Positions 40,090-53,859 of a stretch of DNA of 64,000 bases are shown here, one piece after another. The translations under genes and the position numbers were made by a program. The number at the start of each line of letters is the position of its first letter. Position 1 is the first letter of the stretch. The notes below the pieces were generated by a model. That model did not search any database and was not told where the DNA came from. It was given only the letters and a program-made list of their open reading frames with translations. The DNA is from Antedon mediterranea (Eukaryota; Animalia; Echinodermata): positions 15,438,001-15,502,000 of the forward strand of contig NC_092672.1 in the NCBI RefSeq assembly GCF_964355755.1, in the 5' to 3' direction.

Positions 40090-40715
40090 CCCGGGGGGGT
40101 CACTCTTAAATATTTCCATACGGGGAGGTGCCGCATTTACGGGTATATTTTCGAGGGCCTGGTAGCACAAGTGTGGGAAAATATGAAGAGTTGGTAACAC
40201 AAGTGTGGGAAATGACAGGGTGAAATTAGTAGTTTAAGTCCCTAGCCTGCCCACCCGTGTCAAAATGTCACGAATTATCGCCAAATTTTGCAGGTATTTT
40301 AGCATACTGGATGCTATAAGCCCATCGCGGGGCCTATCGCTAAATACCTTTGAATAGACCTAGAGGTTTCGCATCAGCAGAAGAACACGAAACATCCAGC
40401 CTAGGACAATTGACCACTCTTGATGATCGTCGTCATGCACACCCCGCAATGCGCGATAAACTTTCAAAACACGTTCGTGATTTTTCCATGAACGGTCTCT
40501 TTGGCCATGCGCAGATCATGCTGGGAACCAGTACAAATTTTGCGCCCTCTCTGGCGTGGCCTTGTTTCTGCCGTCTTTTTATAGAACACTGGATTTTGGT
40601 AAATGGTAGTTCAAGTCCGTATATTTTTCAGTAAAACAGGTAGCGCAAGTGCCTCATGTCTTGAAGTGGCTGCTGCACTTCCCCGTTTGGTTTATATACA
40701 AGTGACCCCCCCGGG
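40090..40715. mobile_element. Non-autonomous TIR DNA element with 8-bp TSD (superfamily unassigned)
   Basis: Perfect 15-bp TIR CCCGGGGGGGTCACT and TSD CATTCAAT at 40082-40089 and 40716-40723. Confidence 0.9.
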
Positions 40716-40739
40716 CATTCAATCTCACAATCACTCAAG

Positions 40740-41085
40740 AATCTGCTGCAACTCTTTAACGTAACACCCTCTTGGCGCCACATCCACTGGGTTTAATTGA
40801 GTGGGTATATATCTCCATTGACAGGGGTTTGTTTGACTTTGATTTTCAGCAATTCGATTAGCAATAAACAGCTTAAAATCTCTACCATGACCTCGAATCC
40901 ACTACAATACATTCATACTGTCACCCCAAAATTTCACTTCTTTTAGCTCAAATTGTAGTGGAGTTACAACAGATTTCGTAAGTTTTAAACCCAATATAGC
41001 TGCCATTAACTCAAGTCTTTGGATACTCATGGATTTTAAAGGAGCTACAGTACTTTGGTTTTGGATGCGACTAATTGCTCAGACC
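40740..41085 (-). mobile_element. BEL/Pao RNase H fragment
   Basis: LVASKTK-VAPLKSMSIQRLELMAAILG..FWGDSMNVL*WI..FIANRI..WRYIPTQLNPVD is diagnostic of BEL/Pao RNase H. Confidence 0.88.
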
Positions 41086-42737
41086 ATACATATTTATATT
41101 ATTGTAATGCAATATTTTGTTAGAAAATGACCGGAAGTAAAGTTATTAACCATTGACATAGAGAATAGCTATTTACATTACAAGAATAAATATTGGTCAT
41201 ATGTTTTTTGCCCTACTCTGACGTAATTTGTACTTTTACTAAGAATACATAATTAATACTTAAGTAATGTGGGACTCGAACAACCTTCAGATTACTAGGA
41301 TAATTATGTTATGCATTCAGTTCTTTTTCAAATACTGTAATATTATAATTATAATTAATTAGTTTTTTTAATCAATATATTTGGTTTTTTGTAGCCACGT
41401 ACGCACCAAGTCACCCCTTTTCTTTTTTTCTTTTTCGTCTCTCTCTCATAATAACCCAACAGTACTTGTGAGGCGGTATGAAGGAGGGAGCCCAACGGTC
41501 CACTGTCTGTTCAGGAAAAACTTGCCATGGGTCGTCGATTTGTCCATAATTATTGCGTTTTGCCGGGGGTTTTCTATAATTTGACTTAGCATTTAACTCA
41601 AAATAGATCATTTTAACATTTTGCTCAATATATTTGTAGCAGCAGCTTCATATTTTTTAATTATAATAATTAATTTGCATTATTGATAGTTATTAGAATT
41701 TATTGCTGTACCGGAAGTACCTTCATCATCCCTGACGTTTGCATTGAATGCAAAACATGTTATCTTATTGTTAGTCACATGGTTTTACTAGCGGAAAAAA
41801 GGCTACGATGTTATTGTTGTATAGAGTGACATTTCCGGTAGAGGACAGGACCCACCTTGGGATGCCTGTGGCTCAAATACTCAAGTGTCTACATCCGTGT
41901 ACTCTCAACCCCCTTTAAAAAATAGTCCTGCGAACCTATGTGTGAGAGTACCATTTCTGGTCATTTCGCAAAATACCTCTACTGTGTTAATATATTCATA
42001 GTAGATAATGGCTCCACATCCATGGTATGTAAGGTACAGTTTGGCGCACCAATCCAATGATCAAAGGCGCCCTCTATTCGCATTTATTATCTATTATTTT
42101 TAGAAAATGTTAACTGTTTTTTATGTTTTTATTTGAGAAATAAAAATTATTGATTGATTGATTGATTGAGTGAAAATATCATAATTCTACCTTTTCTATT
42201 TTAGGTCCGGTCTTTTTACTGGTAAATAGTCATTTTTTGGTATTTTCTGGTTTCTTCTGGTAATTTTTGTTTTCTTCCGGTATTTTTTTGTATTTTCCAT
42301 TTTTGTTGTTGTCTTTTCCGGTATTTAGGCGGACCCTGTTTCTATGTTACTTAACACGTACAATTCAATTGACCTGTCTACCATGTGATGTTTGCTCGCT
42401 TAGACGCATACACTACCGCCTATTGATTTAACCCCATATTCCTACCGCTTTCTTTAAAAGGTAATATTTTCATAGCAAAACAAAATTTTCGGGGAAACTA
42501 GGTGACCCCCAGCCAATAGTTGTTCGCTTCACTCGCAAGGAGTCATTCATCCTTACATAACTACCAATTTAAAAGTCTCAAATGTTGGCAGGTATGGACT
42601 TGGGAATAGGAATCACGTGGTGGCACACATTTATCAGTTAATGGTGCATCCAATTTACAGACAAAATTACAAATAACATAGGTAAGCCACAAAGTTCTAA
42701 ATACTAATATATAACATCAAAACAAAATGTAAACTAA

Positions 42738-44142
42738 TTAGGTTATATGCATTATTATCATTATAACCTCTTGATTCTGTCAGGATCTTTATTTATTTAT
42801 TTATTTATTCTTTCCTTAGCACTATTTTGTCCGTGAATTATCTTGATATCAGTTTCATCTAGCTAAGTCAATTTTTCAGAGTATTCTTATGGCCAGGAAT
42901 CGATGTGGTTATGTTTTCACTGTGCGCAATCAAAAATTACGCGGTGTACGCGCGATTTAAAAAAATCACATTTGTAATCATATCTTCACAATCATGAATC
43001 ACTTTTAAACAAAATTTGGTACTCTTAAATTTCATGTCATATTTTATCATATGGCAATACAATTACGTGCGTAGCGCATTAACGCATGCATACGCGCGCT
43101 TAAAATTTTCAAAATTTATTTTTGGTGAAATTAGAGTACGTTTCAGGCAATTTTAGGCGTTTAAAAAATTGCCATGAGTGCGCAGATTTTTGCACGCACA
43201 CTGTGCGTTAAACGTTATTGTGCACTATTTTTGTCCGATTTTTGTTGTACGACGTTTCTTTAATAATATCATATTTTATTCACTTTTTAACGCAAAATTG
43301 CGTTACACAAGCACATCAAAAGTGACAGGCTACGCTATGATTAATATAGATCATCAGAATGCTCGGGAACTTCTATTTTTATTTTATTTTCTTGAAGTGT
43401 ATGTATCATATGTATGATTTATTATGAAATTAAGAGAACAAAAGCTAATAAGGGTCATCATTAATTGCATTTTAAATTTAAAAAAAAATTATTTTGACAA
43501 TCAAAAAATTATGACATTTTCGTAGGCCAAAATAACAAACTTAACATTAACTTTCTTCCTTCAAAAGTTCATATATTAAAGTTAAAAGTATATAGTTTGA
43601 CAGTGCCTCATTTTTTTTAATTTTTAAAGATGTCATCATTGTAAAAAATGTTAATTCATTGCGGTATGTAATAATCTATCTGCGCCGAAGTGGTTCTGCA
43701 TAGTAAATACACAGAGGAATCTTTCTACAACTGTTAGTCAGTTGTGGATGGCTTGGTGGTTTGGACTCTGTCTATGGCGTTCAAGGTACCGAGATCGAGT
43801 CTCACCTTGTTAAATGAAACGAAACAAGATTTTTTTTTATTATCCGTATTGTTTGTTCAATTTAATTTCTTAGTGTATAGATTATACACATGATTTATAA
43901 TGAAATCTAGATAAAAAGTAACTTATGTCTTTATTATTATTTAACAAATGTGGTTTATGACATTATATACGCAGAAGGATCTTTGATCGGATTATGATAC
44001 CGGCTATTGTATTTGCGTTAGCAAGATCCTATCATATATTATAAATAATTAAAGATTCTGAGAAAATCAATCAATCAATTATCTTTATTTAAATCAATGT
44101 ATATAACCTATAATTCGTCATATTGACGAATTAAATCTAGTT
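42738..44142 (+). mobile_element. HINE/Helentron-like non-autonomous element containing a degenerate tRNA-derived segment (~43745-43810)
   Basis: 5' inverted repeat AGGTTATA...TATAACCT followed by (ATTT)n. 3' TATAACCT, hairpin AATTCGTCA-tat-TGACGAATT and CTAGTT (44137-44142). Confidence 0.7.
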
Positions 44143-44187
44143 AATTAATTAGATCTGTATGAAAATACATTATACGTAAACTGTACA

Positions 44188-44276
44188 ATATATATATATA
44201 TATATCGTTTCAAATTAATTAATTAAATTTCAGTATATCACCGGGCGGTTTAGAATTAATGTTCTTTGCCTGATTT

Positions 44277-44310
<34 letters not shown>
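44188..44310 (+). repeat. Isolated 3' fragment of the tRNA-bearing unit, flanked by (TA)n on both sides
   Basis: ATCGTTTCAAATTAATTAATTAAATTTCAGTATATCACCGGGCGGTTTAGAATTAATGTTCTTTGCCTGATTTGTTT matches the 3' tail of the 360-bp units. Confidence 0.85.
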
Positions 44311-44312
<2 letters not shown>

Positions 44313-45679
44313 CTACAAAAATTAAAACAAAACAACAAAAATACAGGATATCATAAAAAAAAAATTAAAACTTACAGATACATCCTCATAGAGACGTCTG
44401 TCGCTTGTGTACTATATTAATTAGTTGAAAGAGGTAATGCTGTTAAAAGTGTAGATCTAGTAACTCATGCTTTCATTAAATATTTTTTACAATAAAAATC
44501 AAAGATTTCTCCTAATGTTTCATTTTCAGTGGTGTTTTAATTATTGCGATCCACAATTAAAATTATCCCAATTTATACTTAAAAAATTATTGTCTATGAG
44601 GTTGTTCTTAAAATCCAAGTATACATCATTTCTAACAGAGTTTAATGAAGGACATTTAAATAAAAATGGTTTACTGTTTCTTTTTCGTTTGTACTACACA
44701 TCTTACATAATCCTGTGTTATGTTTTGACCAAGATTGTCTTCCACCCTCAAGATCTAGAGAGTTTTATCTTGCTTTAAACTTTAAATTGATACTCTTAAA
44801 ATTAGTTTTATCTAACAAATATTGTTTAAGTTTTATACATAATATATTCTGTTAACGTTGTTTTGCATTGGGCCTTTAAAAAACACTCGTTATGATCAAC
44901 AACGGGGCTTTTAGTATTATTCTAGCCATTTGATATTGTAGGTTTTCCCATTACAGAACTAGAGCTAGCATAGTTTATGGTAGGTAGTCTGATCATTTTC
45001 CAAAGCAAATCACCATAATAGACTCTATTAAGGTCTACTTGTTCCGGAGTGTTGCCAAAGTGCAAGTCAACGAGGCACGCAGTGCACTCGCAATCCACGC
45101 AATGCATGCAATCCACAAGGGTAATTCAATGGAAAAAATACCAACAAGTGCGAGCCTTCGAATAATAAGCCTTCGTTAATATTTGTGTACAATTCATAAA
45201 CATTTATAAATCACCTGCCGTTAATGTAATTATGTTAACAATTTCGAATATCCAGATGCGACTTCGATGTTTACAGTTAGTTTTACTAACTGGTCAAGGG
45301 CTGGTCACCGTCTAAGAAGCCTAGCTAGCTAGCCTAGGCCCTATAGTATACTGTAGCCCGCCCGCCGGAGTAGAGACGCTGTAAATGGACGAATACAGCA
45401 GATTACAGATATTTTAAATCGAAGTCTTGTGAAATGTATTTTTTTCCCTGCAAAGTTCTAACATTTTATGACTAAAAAAGTAAATTGATAAGAAGACCGA
45501 GCCCAAGTATACTTCAGAGAACTATAAACGCTAGTCAACTAGACCGGGAAGACTATATAAGGAAGTGCTTCCAGCATCTTCTATAGAAGATAATAACTAC
45601 CATGTCCAGTAGTCAATTAAGTTAATTAATTGATATGTCTTGGTGTTTAATTTTAAAGGTAAATAGGCTAGGTAATCAT

Positions 45680-48600
45680 CAGGAATAGTCCTGAACAGGG
45701 AGATGAGCGCCCCTGCCCACCGATGACTTTCAAGATCCCTGTGACCCGGAGGGAGAGTACCCGTCAGGGTCCCTACCTTGGGTTACAGGTCTCATGTCTT
45801 TCATTGTTGTGCTATGTCAACATAATGTCAATGGCGGCGAAATGTCCCCAATAATGGGGTCAGAGAGTGGGATCTGTTCGTGGGAAAACTGGTCACGCTG
45901 GGTCCACATCTCACGAGCGGATAAACCATGGGAGCGAATGCGTGACTTGAGTTGTGCGGTTGCACGAGCGAGTGCAATAGGCGAGATAAAACCAGCGTCA
46001 GGATCCAAACGAAGTAGCTCATCTTCCAGTTCTTGAATAGTCTTCTCGGCAACAGGATTTTTATTAACATTTTTAAGTCGGCCTATTTCAATACAGATGC
46101 GTTCCTGCTTGAGTAATGAGTCATTAACAAGTGCTTGGAATCCGGGTGCCCCGTCGGCACAGATAATGGTGTGGGGACCATCAAGGGGACGGAGCTCAAC
46201 GCACATTCGGATAAGAGCGTCACGAAGTGAGTTACGCTGTTCGTTGTCAAGAAAACAAGCGGCTGTGAATGACGTTACCGCTTCCCTCACAATCAGAATG
46301 AATTGACCATTGCGCTTCATGACTTCTGCAGCGAATGTAACACCCACAGTTTCCGGTGGGTCGCCAGTAGACTGATCGATAGAGGCCTTAGGAATTCGGC
46401 GTACGGTGGCACATTGGTGGCAAGATGAGGTGGTAACTTCGATCGACTTATCCATGTCGAGGGCATAAAAATATCGATGTGCCATTTGTTTGAGTTGGTG
46501 ACAAGTCGGGTGGTCTAATCGGATGTGTAAGGCAGTAAGCAGGCCATGCAAAAACGGGCGTGGAACAATAATTCTTTCTCGTGGAGGAGCAAGTGGCTCA
46601 TGAACGAGAGACACGAGAAGGTTGTCTTTGCTAAGTGATGCGACAGCGAGGTAGCATTTGACATCTCTCTTATCGGTAACCTTTTTAGAAGGACGTGTAC
46701 CCTACATAAATCAGGGCATTCAGATGGTAGTGAAAGCCATGCGGACCTACTTGTAAAGGGCAACTTGGATTGACCTGTGATGAAATCGTGTGATACGATT
46801 CTGAGTACAACTGATTCCTCAGAGCGCTGAACAAAGGAACATACCTGGCAATTGGCATCAATGCATTCAGGAGCATTGCGGCTTGCAAAGTCTGAGGGAA
46901 CATTCACGGGACCAGCTAAGTGTCGAACGGAAACCTGGTATCAACTAGCGGAGGACAGGAAAGTTCATACTCTGGGGCTCACAGAAAATTACTGTCAGTT
47001 AAAACACAAGCTTGTTTAGTAGATTGAACAACATATGGACTAAAATGCTTTACTGCGACAGCGACTGCCAGGGAGCCACGTAAGCTGTCGAGCTCTAAGT
47101 TTGGCACTAACAAATCCGGCGATCCGCAGACTATCGTCACGTCTAATGTATAGTGTTGCCCTAATTCCGTGTCTTTTTACCGAACCATCAGTGACTATCC
47201 AAAGCTGGTCATCTGGATGGGGTAACGTGATTGTTTGACTGGTTGTGAGCAACTTTTGAGCGGTCTGAAAATCTTCAAAAAGGGCATCACACCACGTGAT
47301 TTTTTCTTGGGACTGTCGGCCAGCCACAGCATCGTCTAAAGGTGTGAGGATGGAAGCGCAATTGGGGATAACCCGTGCGAGCACTTTATACGCCCCAATG
47401 AATGATCGGAGGCCCTTTACAGTCTTAGGAGGAGAACACGTAGCGAACGTCGAAATACGATGTGGATTGGCTCTTAAAGTGCCAAGGGACCAGTCCACCC
47501 AAGTATAGTGGTAGTGCCGAGAGACTGAGGCCGCATCTATAAAGTTCGGACAGCAGTCGGCGCCAGTTGCAACGTAACTCATCTAGAGTATATCCTCTGC
47601 AGTAGAGATCGTCTGCAATCTTGGCAATGACGCCTTCAGAGAGAAGCTCTCCTAAGACGCGGTAAGTTAGTTTCTCCAGCGCTGTTTCAGATCCCGGCAT
47701 TTCCATAGCGGACCTGGCGTATACACGGATTCCTCTGAAGGGCGTGGCCACTCCGCAGTACTTCATCGATTCGCGTGAAAGCCGTATCTGATAAAATGCC
47801 TTAGTGAGGTCTGTAGAGATAATGTACTTCCACCTAGCGATATGACGAAGTACAGAGTTTACGTCGGGCATTAGTGAAGGCTGAGGTTTCGCGTATCGAC
47901 CGACATCCGCAAAGGTGATGACAAGGCCTCTGCTGTCTTTCTTGACTAAGAATGATGGGTTTAAATATTCTACTTGAATATCCGTATCTTCTGGTCGCAC
48001 AAAAACACCCATCTTCTCTAAGTCGTCGAACTTCTCTTGAAGCTCAACAAGTTTGTCTTGCGAATACCGTGGAAGTCTGCCTTTACGCTGTGGTGGCTGT
48101 ACAGGGCCCATATTAACAACGGCTTGGAAGGGACCGACTGCGCCATTATAGCATTTGATATGCGGGTCAAAAACAACATCGAACTCTTCGTTAAGAGATT
48201 TAAATCTTTGTCGAATTGTAGGGGGAATGATATGATCAGGGTCAAGGTGAATTTGCAATGAATGTAGTGTCGATTGTGTTGGGCGTGGTAATGAACTGGT
48301 TTTCACAGGAGTGTGGTCATTGGTATTACAATCGTCCGGAACAAAGAAAGGGTGTATCAGACAGAAATGTTCGTTTCGCTTAAGAACCTGAGGTAATGAT
48401 GTGTTATTTTCAATGCGAATTTTTCCGTCAATGCTGTGAACAGTACCATACTCTGGCCAGGTAGGAGGTCGATGAGTATAGCTGCGGGGTTCAAGGGCGA
48501 GCTCATTATCATGAGTCGAAACATCTGACCGGGTCACAGAGTAGTTAAGCTGCTAGGAGCGCGTAATACTTGGGTGCGACGAATGGCAGGGGTCTTAGTA

Positions 48601-51150
48601 GTGTCCTTAGAACCGTACGTATAAGAAGAAGTGTTCCCTATGACTACTTGACGTTTCGCTGGACAAATGGCGATGTCATTGTTTTCCATAAAGGGTGTGC
48701 CTGCCAGAATATGAACATCAAGTCGTTCGACTACAAGGCCGTCAAAGAGAAGTTCTATATGGTCGCGGGAAAATGTAATTGTTGTCTCGCCGACAACCTT
48801 TAATGGTGATGAGCCATCTGCTTGGTGGGCTGATTGAGATGAGTCTCTAATTTCGGCCGATAGGGCTGTCGCTGCGGCAAGGGAGATCATATTACCGGTG
48901 GCACCACTGTCGATAGTAATTCGTGCTGTGTGGTGGTTGTGGAAAACGTCGAGATAGGGCGACTGATCTGCATGCGTAGTGCAGCCTGTTCTGGTTATCT
49001 GCTAAACTGGCGTCATCGCTAACATCAGTCTCCTGACATGTACTTCCGGTCCTGTTCAGGTAAGTGAATGCATCCACTGAGAAAGTGGGTATTATGCTTT
49101 TGACCAGCCTGTTTGCAAAGAGGACAAGACTTTATTGTCGCCAGGGTACGATCTCGCAGATCAGTTCCATATCGTTGCTTGACTAGACGCGGAAGGTCTT
49201 TATGGATAAGGGTGTCATTTCTTCATCCTCTGTGATCGTGACGCCGTGATGATTAATGCGTGTGCGTAGCAAATTATCGTCAACAAATGCCAAAAGTCGT
49301 TGATACAAATCTTCTGGACGTTCACCAGCCTCGAGATGAATAGTGGCAAAGTCTAAGAAGTGACCTCCGGTCGTTTGGAAGCCATAGTGAAGTCGGATGG
49401 CCTGCAAGATTTGCGAAATGGACGTGGAGCTTTTAACAATTGTGCTTCGAGAAATAACAGTACAGTAGTTTGCGATCTGGTCTAGCATGAGCTCGAGCAT
49501 GTGTACCTTTTGCTGGGCAATACGTCGACGTGCTCTAGTGACAGTGTCATCATCGTCCTCAAATAGGCGGAGGGGAGATGCTCTGGTTTTGGGGCCCCAT
49601 TGTGTGCCTTCCATCAAGAATGGAGCAAAATTTTCCTCCAACGAAAGTGTATAAATAATGTTCTGCCGCCATGACTCAAATGAGTTTATTGTTTCAGTTT
49701 TGGTTAAGCTCCACTGTTTAGGAGCTCTGTTAACGTTTGCCATCCTACCAGATATATGTGCTGGCTGGTCGTACGCCTCTCAGTGGCGGATCTAGGGGGG
49801 GTGAATAGGGTGGCTAGCCACCCCCCTTAATTCTCAAAAAAAAAAAAAAAAAGATGCAACCTAATCGCGATTGACCGTCGCTAGACGTGGATTAATCTTT
49901 TAATTAAGAAGAGTAGGCCTAGCTAGAGCTAGGGCAGGGTTAGCATTAATAGTTGTGTGTAAATAGGCCTACACAGTGAAAGAGCTAAGAGTTCAATTAC
50001 TATTATGAATTCAAGAGTTTAAAAAGAAAACACGATTTACAATCTTCGGAAAATACCCATTTTCAAAACACACGCACTCCTAAAACTACCAGCGTCACGT
50101 TGTCAAGCTCGCTCCTCGTGTGAATGCTGACGTCATCAGTCTCCAAAATACACCATTTTCCATTGCAGTTAATTTCCGCCGCCCTGGTCCGTGTGTGCAC
50201 AACAAGCGTTAGCGTGGTATATTTACACCCCGAGTGGAGTGTAATATCGGGAACTTTTTTCTCGCGCATGAAAGTTTTTTGTATAATATTATGGTATGCA
50301 GTATAAACGATAAAAATAAACGAGAAACATGGTGTTCTTTTATTATTTTATAGGCATAAAATAAACATGAAATGTCTTGTATGTACACGGGACGGCCGAA
50401 AAAAGTATGTGGCGTATTTTGATTTGTGTTATAGACACGGCGATTACTGCAATCATTGTATACCAAATTACATTGAGTTATTCACCCGGCTGTAGGGTAT
50501 ATATCTCTGAGGTTAACAGACCACCAAAACACGGTACACAACACATGCACTCTATCGAGGCATTTTCGGAGTACCGCATTACCAAATGTTCATTTTAAGG
50601 TTTTTCGATCAAAGTTTATTATTTAGTTCGTCGAAAAAGATCCGTACAGTATTTAGGAAGGATGTATTTAAATTTACATTATGTAATATTTGTTATTAAG
50701 TGTGATGGAAACAGTTTCTCTAGCCTATTAAACAGTGTGTAAGCATCTATTTTAAAAAAAAATTTCGGAGCCTCGGGAGCGGGACACCCCCTCCAAACCC
50801 TCCCCCGCTCGGTGCTACGCACCTCGTTTGCCACTTTCGTGGCCACCCCCCCTCGTCAGATCCTAGATCCGCCACTGCTCTGTGCGTTAGTGCGATCTCG
50901 TAGATAATATGGTCTGGGCCTAGGCTAGGCCTAAGTTCAACAACTAATAACTCACTGGTTTTAAGCGGCAGGTCCGAATATCTTGGGCTGCCACCACGCC
51001 AATAAGGTTGATGTTTATATGCCACAACTCTACAGATCACACATAGACCGATGTAATGCGAATAATGTATTTTAATAACTGTCAATAACTCAATACAACA
51101 ACATGGAAATCAAAGCAACAACGAACGAACAACGCCAGCCCATGAGGGCG
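45680..51150 (-). mobile_element. Gypsy-like LTR retrotransposon remnant with atypical RT motif (IADD)
   Basis: Gag [13 protein letters not shown] (49183-49743), zinc knuckle [14 protein letters not shown] (~49075-49135), protease ITIDSGATGN (~48895-48922), RT TDLTKAFYQI..GVATPFRG..KIADDLYC, RNase H WIVTDGS, integrase HIRLDH..CHQC..NPVAEK. tRNA-Leu-like PBS TGGTGGCAGC at 50987-50996. Many frameshifts; LTR pair not resolved. Confidence 0.88.
49781..50877. mobile_element. hAT-like MITE inserted in the Gypsy 5' leader
   Basis: TIR CAGTGGCGGATCTAGG / CCTAGATCCGCCACTG. Only CTCT is duplicated at the flanks. Confidence 0.85.
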
Positions 51151-51169
51151 CACTGGCGCTATGCAAAAA

Positions 51170-51600
51170 AGTAACAAGTAACAAGTAACTATCTTTAGAA
51201 AAGTTAATCAACCCTTGTCCATTGTGATTGATTACGTCATCTCCACCATTGATTATCTCTCCAATCTTTCCATTGAAATCACCAATAATAATGATGTTGA
51301 AATGACCAATAATAATGATGTTGAAATCACCAATAATAATGATGTTAGCATCGTCACAACTTTGTGTGATTTCTAATTTCTTTGCTAAGAGAGAAATATA
51401 TAGTTCATCCGTTAAATTTCGGTCTGTACCTTTACATGGAAAATACATTATTGCAATGTAATATATTGTACTTGGAGAGTTTGTTGGAGGAGTTCCCTTC
51501 CATGAAAGATACCTCTTTCAGCTTGCATGTCTATCTTTCAAAGCTCTACATCACTCTGCTCCACTTACTATCTGTCAGCTTTTAACCAAAGTCACTTCGA
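51170..51600 (-). mobile_element. LINE APE endonuclease fragment with a 24-bp internal triplication
   Basis: YFPCKG...IIIIGDFN-IIIIGHFN-IIIIGDFNGKIG...NHNGQGLINF. Confidence 0.7.
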
Positions 51601-51999
51601 ACGGCCGTATGAACACTAGGCAAATTATTAAAGGAGATCTTTTTATCTCTCGTCCTTACCTTGAAATCTTTAAACTTTCTTTTAGTTTCAATGCTCCTTC
51701 TTTCTTTTAGTTTCAATGCTCCTTCTTTCTTAATTCCCTTTAAGCATTCGTAACTCTTACAATTTCTTCTCCTTTAAATCTCTTTTGAAAAAACACCTGT
51801 TTCCAGGGGCGGATCAAGGATTTTGAAAAAGAGGGGCCGGTATAGGAAAATAAATTGAAGATTTTAACGATTTTTAATGTTGATTTGTACCCGCTTTTCC
51901 TGTAAAATCGTTGATAAAATCGTATGTAAATGGGTGCATAATATATATATATTATTTCTTTTTAACCTTGCTTTCATTGTTGGCCTACTGTATATTTAT

Positions 52000-52900
52000 A
52001 TATATAAACACAACAGGCAAATTAAGAACTGTCTGCTTGATATGCAGTTGCCCTAACCATTAGACCACTGGGGCTTTCATGGTATTGTTCAAACTCGATT
52101 GGATAGCGACTCTTTAACATTCTCGGCGTGGTACGGCGGAACAACACTATTCCTCAGTTGTACGCACGCGCACCAGAGATCAAATTGATACCCACTCATC
52201 TTTCAGTATTTTTATTCACGAGGCGGGATCTCCGAAGAGATACTTTTATATATATAAACACATCAGGCAATGAACATTAATTCTAAACCACCCGGTGATA
52301 TACTGAAATTTAATTAATTTGAAACGATAAAGATGAGGAAATCTGTGAGAATGAGAAAAAGTCGCCCCAACCGAGACTCGAACTCGGACCGCCTGCTTGA
52401 TATGCAGATGTCCTAACCATTAGACCACTGGGGCTTTTATGGTATTGTTCAAACTCGATTGGATAGCGACTCTTTAACATTCTCGGCGTGGTACGGTGGA
52501 ACAGCACTAGTCCTCAGTTGTACGCACGCGCACCAGAGATCAAATTGATACGCCCTCATCTTTCAGTATTTTTATTCACGAGGCGGGATCTCCGAAGAGA
52601 TACTTTTATATATATAAACACATCAGGCAATGAACATTAATTCTAAACCGCCCGGTGATGTACTGAAATTTAATTAATTTGAAATGATAAAGATGAGGAA
52701 ATCTGTGAGAATGAGAAAAAGTTTCCCCAACCGAGACTCGAACTCGGACCGCCTGCTTGATATGCAGATGTCCTAACCATTAGACCACTGGGGCTTTCAT
52801 GGTATTGTTCAAACTCGATTGGATAGCGACTCTTTAACATTCTTGGCGTGGTACGGCGATATACTGAAATTAAATTAAGTAATTTGAAACGATAAATATA
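52000..52900 (-). mobile_element. Head-to-tail array of tRNA-bearing units, 360-bp period
   Basis: tRNA 5' ends at 52074, 52434 and 52794. Units are joined by TATATATA and are near-identical to 15560-16135. Confidence 0.9.
52363..52434 (-). tRNA. tRNA-like cloverleaf, anticodon ATC (repeat-borne)
   Basis: Identical 72-nt sequence to 15685-15756. A sister copy at 52723-52794 has a mutated acceptor end. Confidence 0.55.
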
Positions 52901-53859
52901 TACATATATATAATATATCTTTGTTAATTTTGTATTTTTATAGTTTATTTTATTTACTGTTTGTATTGTTTGAGGGTCCCTAATGATCAGCTTATGCTGG
53001 ATGGATCACCCTCATAAAATATTGTTGAAATAAAAATATTAAGTAAATTTAGAATTTGGTTAATTTTACGGATAAAGTCTGTGGAGTCCTAAATATATGA
53101 AGGGAGATTAATCACATTATGGTCTAAATAAATCATCCACACATTTTCTCAGTAGCAGTTCCATTGCCTGAATAATAGATCTACCCAGATTGCCTGCTGT
53201 AAACATCTGCCTGGAACTGCTTAGATTAAACTCTGTCAAATGAGGTTTTTTACCATCATAGAAACAAAGTTTTCCACCTTATCCGAGTGGGATCTGTTTT
53301 TGATTATTTAGCTGTTGAATGTGATGCCCATAGTAAGAGTGAAACTTTTATCAGTGGGTTTAATGATGATATTTATATATAATGACAAGGACACAAAAGT
53401 TACACAAAATGATGTTGAACGTTATAATCTGCCATTGTGCTTATAATTTTAGAAATTATGAACAAATGTTGTTGATGCATAACAAAGGTTATATGAGATA
53501 TTATATTAAAACAGAAAGCTAAAAGCTTATTTGGTTAAAAGCTATCATGTGAATCAAATCATTTTAACACACTTGGATAGATGAAATGTAAAACCATGTA
53601 TATAACATGTTGTACATGTACATTTTGCAGCTATTAAAACCAAATCAATCAACAAAATTGTAAACACAAAAAATGTACTACATATTGTTGATGTTTCAAA
53701 TGCTATGGGCCTATTTCAATTAAAAATTTAAAAAATCAATCAATGAAATCAGTTTAGAAAATAAATATTTAAAGACGGAATTAATAAAGTAAACTCTTAT
53801 GAACGTGAAAAACAATACACCCGGACACGATACAATACATATATATATAGATATATATT

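Noticed and set aside
45794-48803. Plus-strand ORFs overlapping the Gypsy pol
   Set aside because: Antisense shadows of a GC-richer coding region with no recognisable motifs.
52100-52245. Hammerhead, HDV-like or twister ribozyme in the leader of the tRNA unit
   Set aside because: CTGAGGA is present, but no helix II plus GAAA follows, and no convincing nested pseudoknot could be built by eye.
52363-52794. Bona fide tRNA gene cluster
   Set aside because: Flanks are conserved along with the tRNA, copies are truncated or mutated and (TA)n-bounded, and the anticodon and A32 are atypical. It behaves as a mobile repeat.
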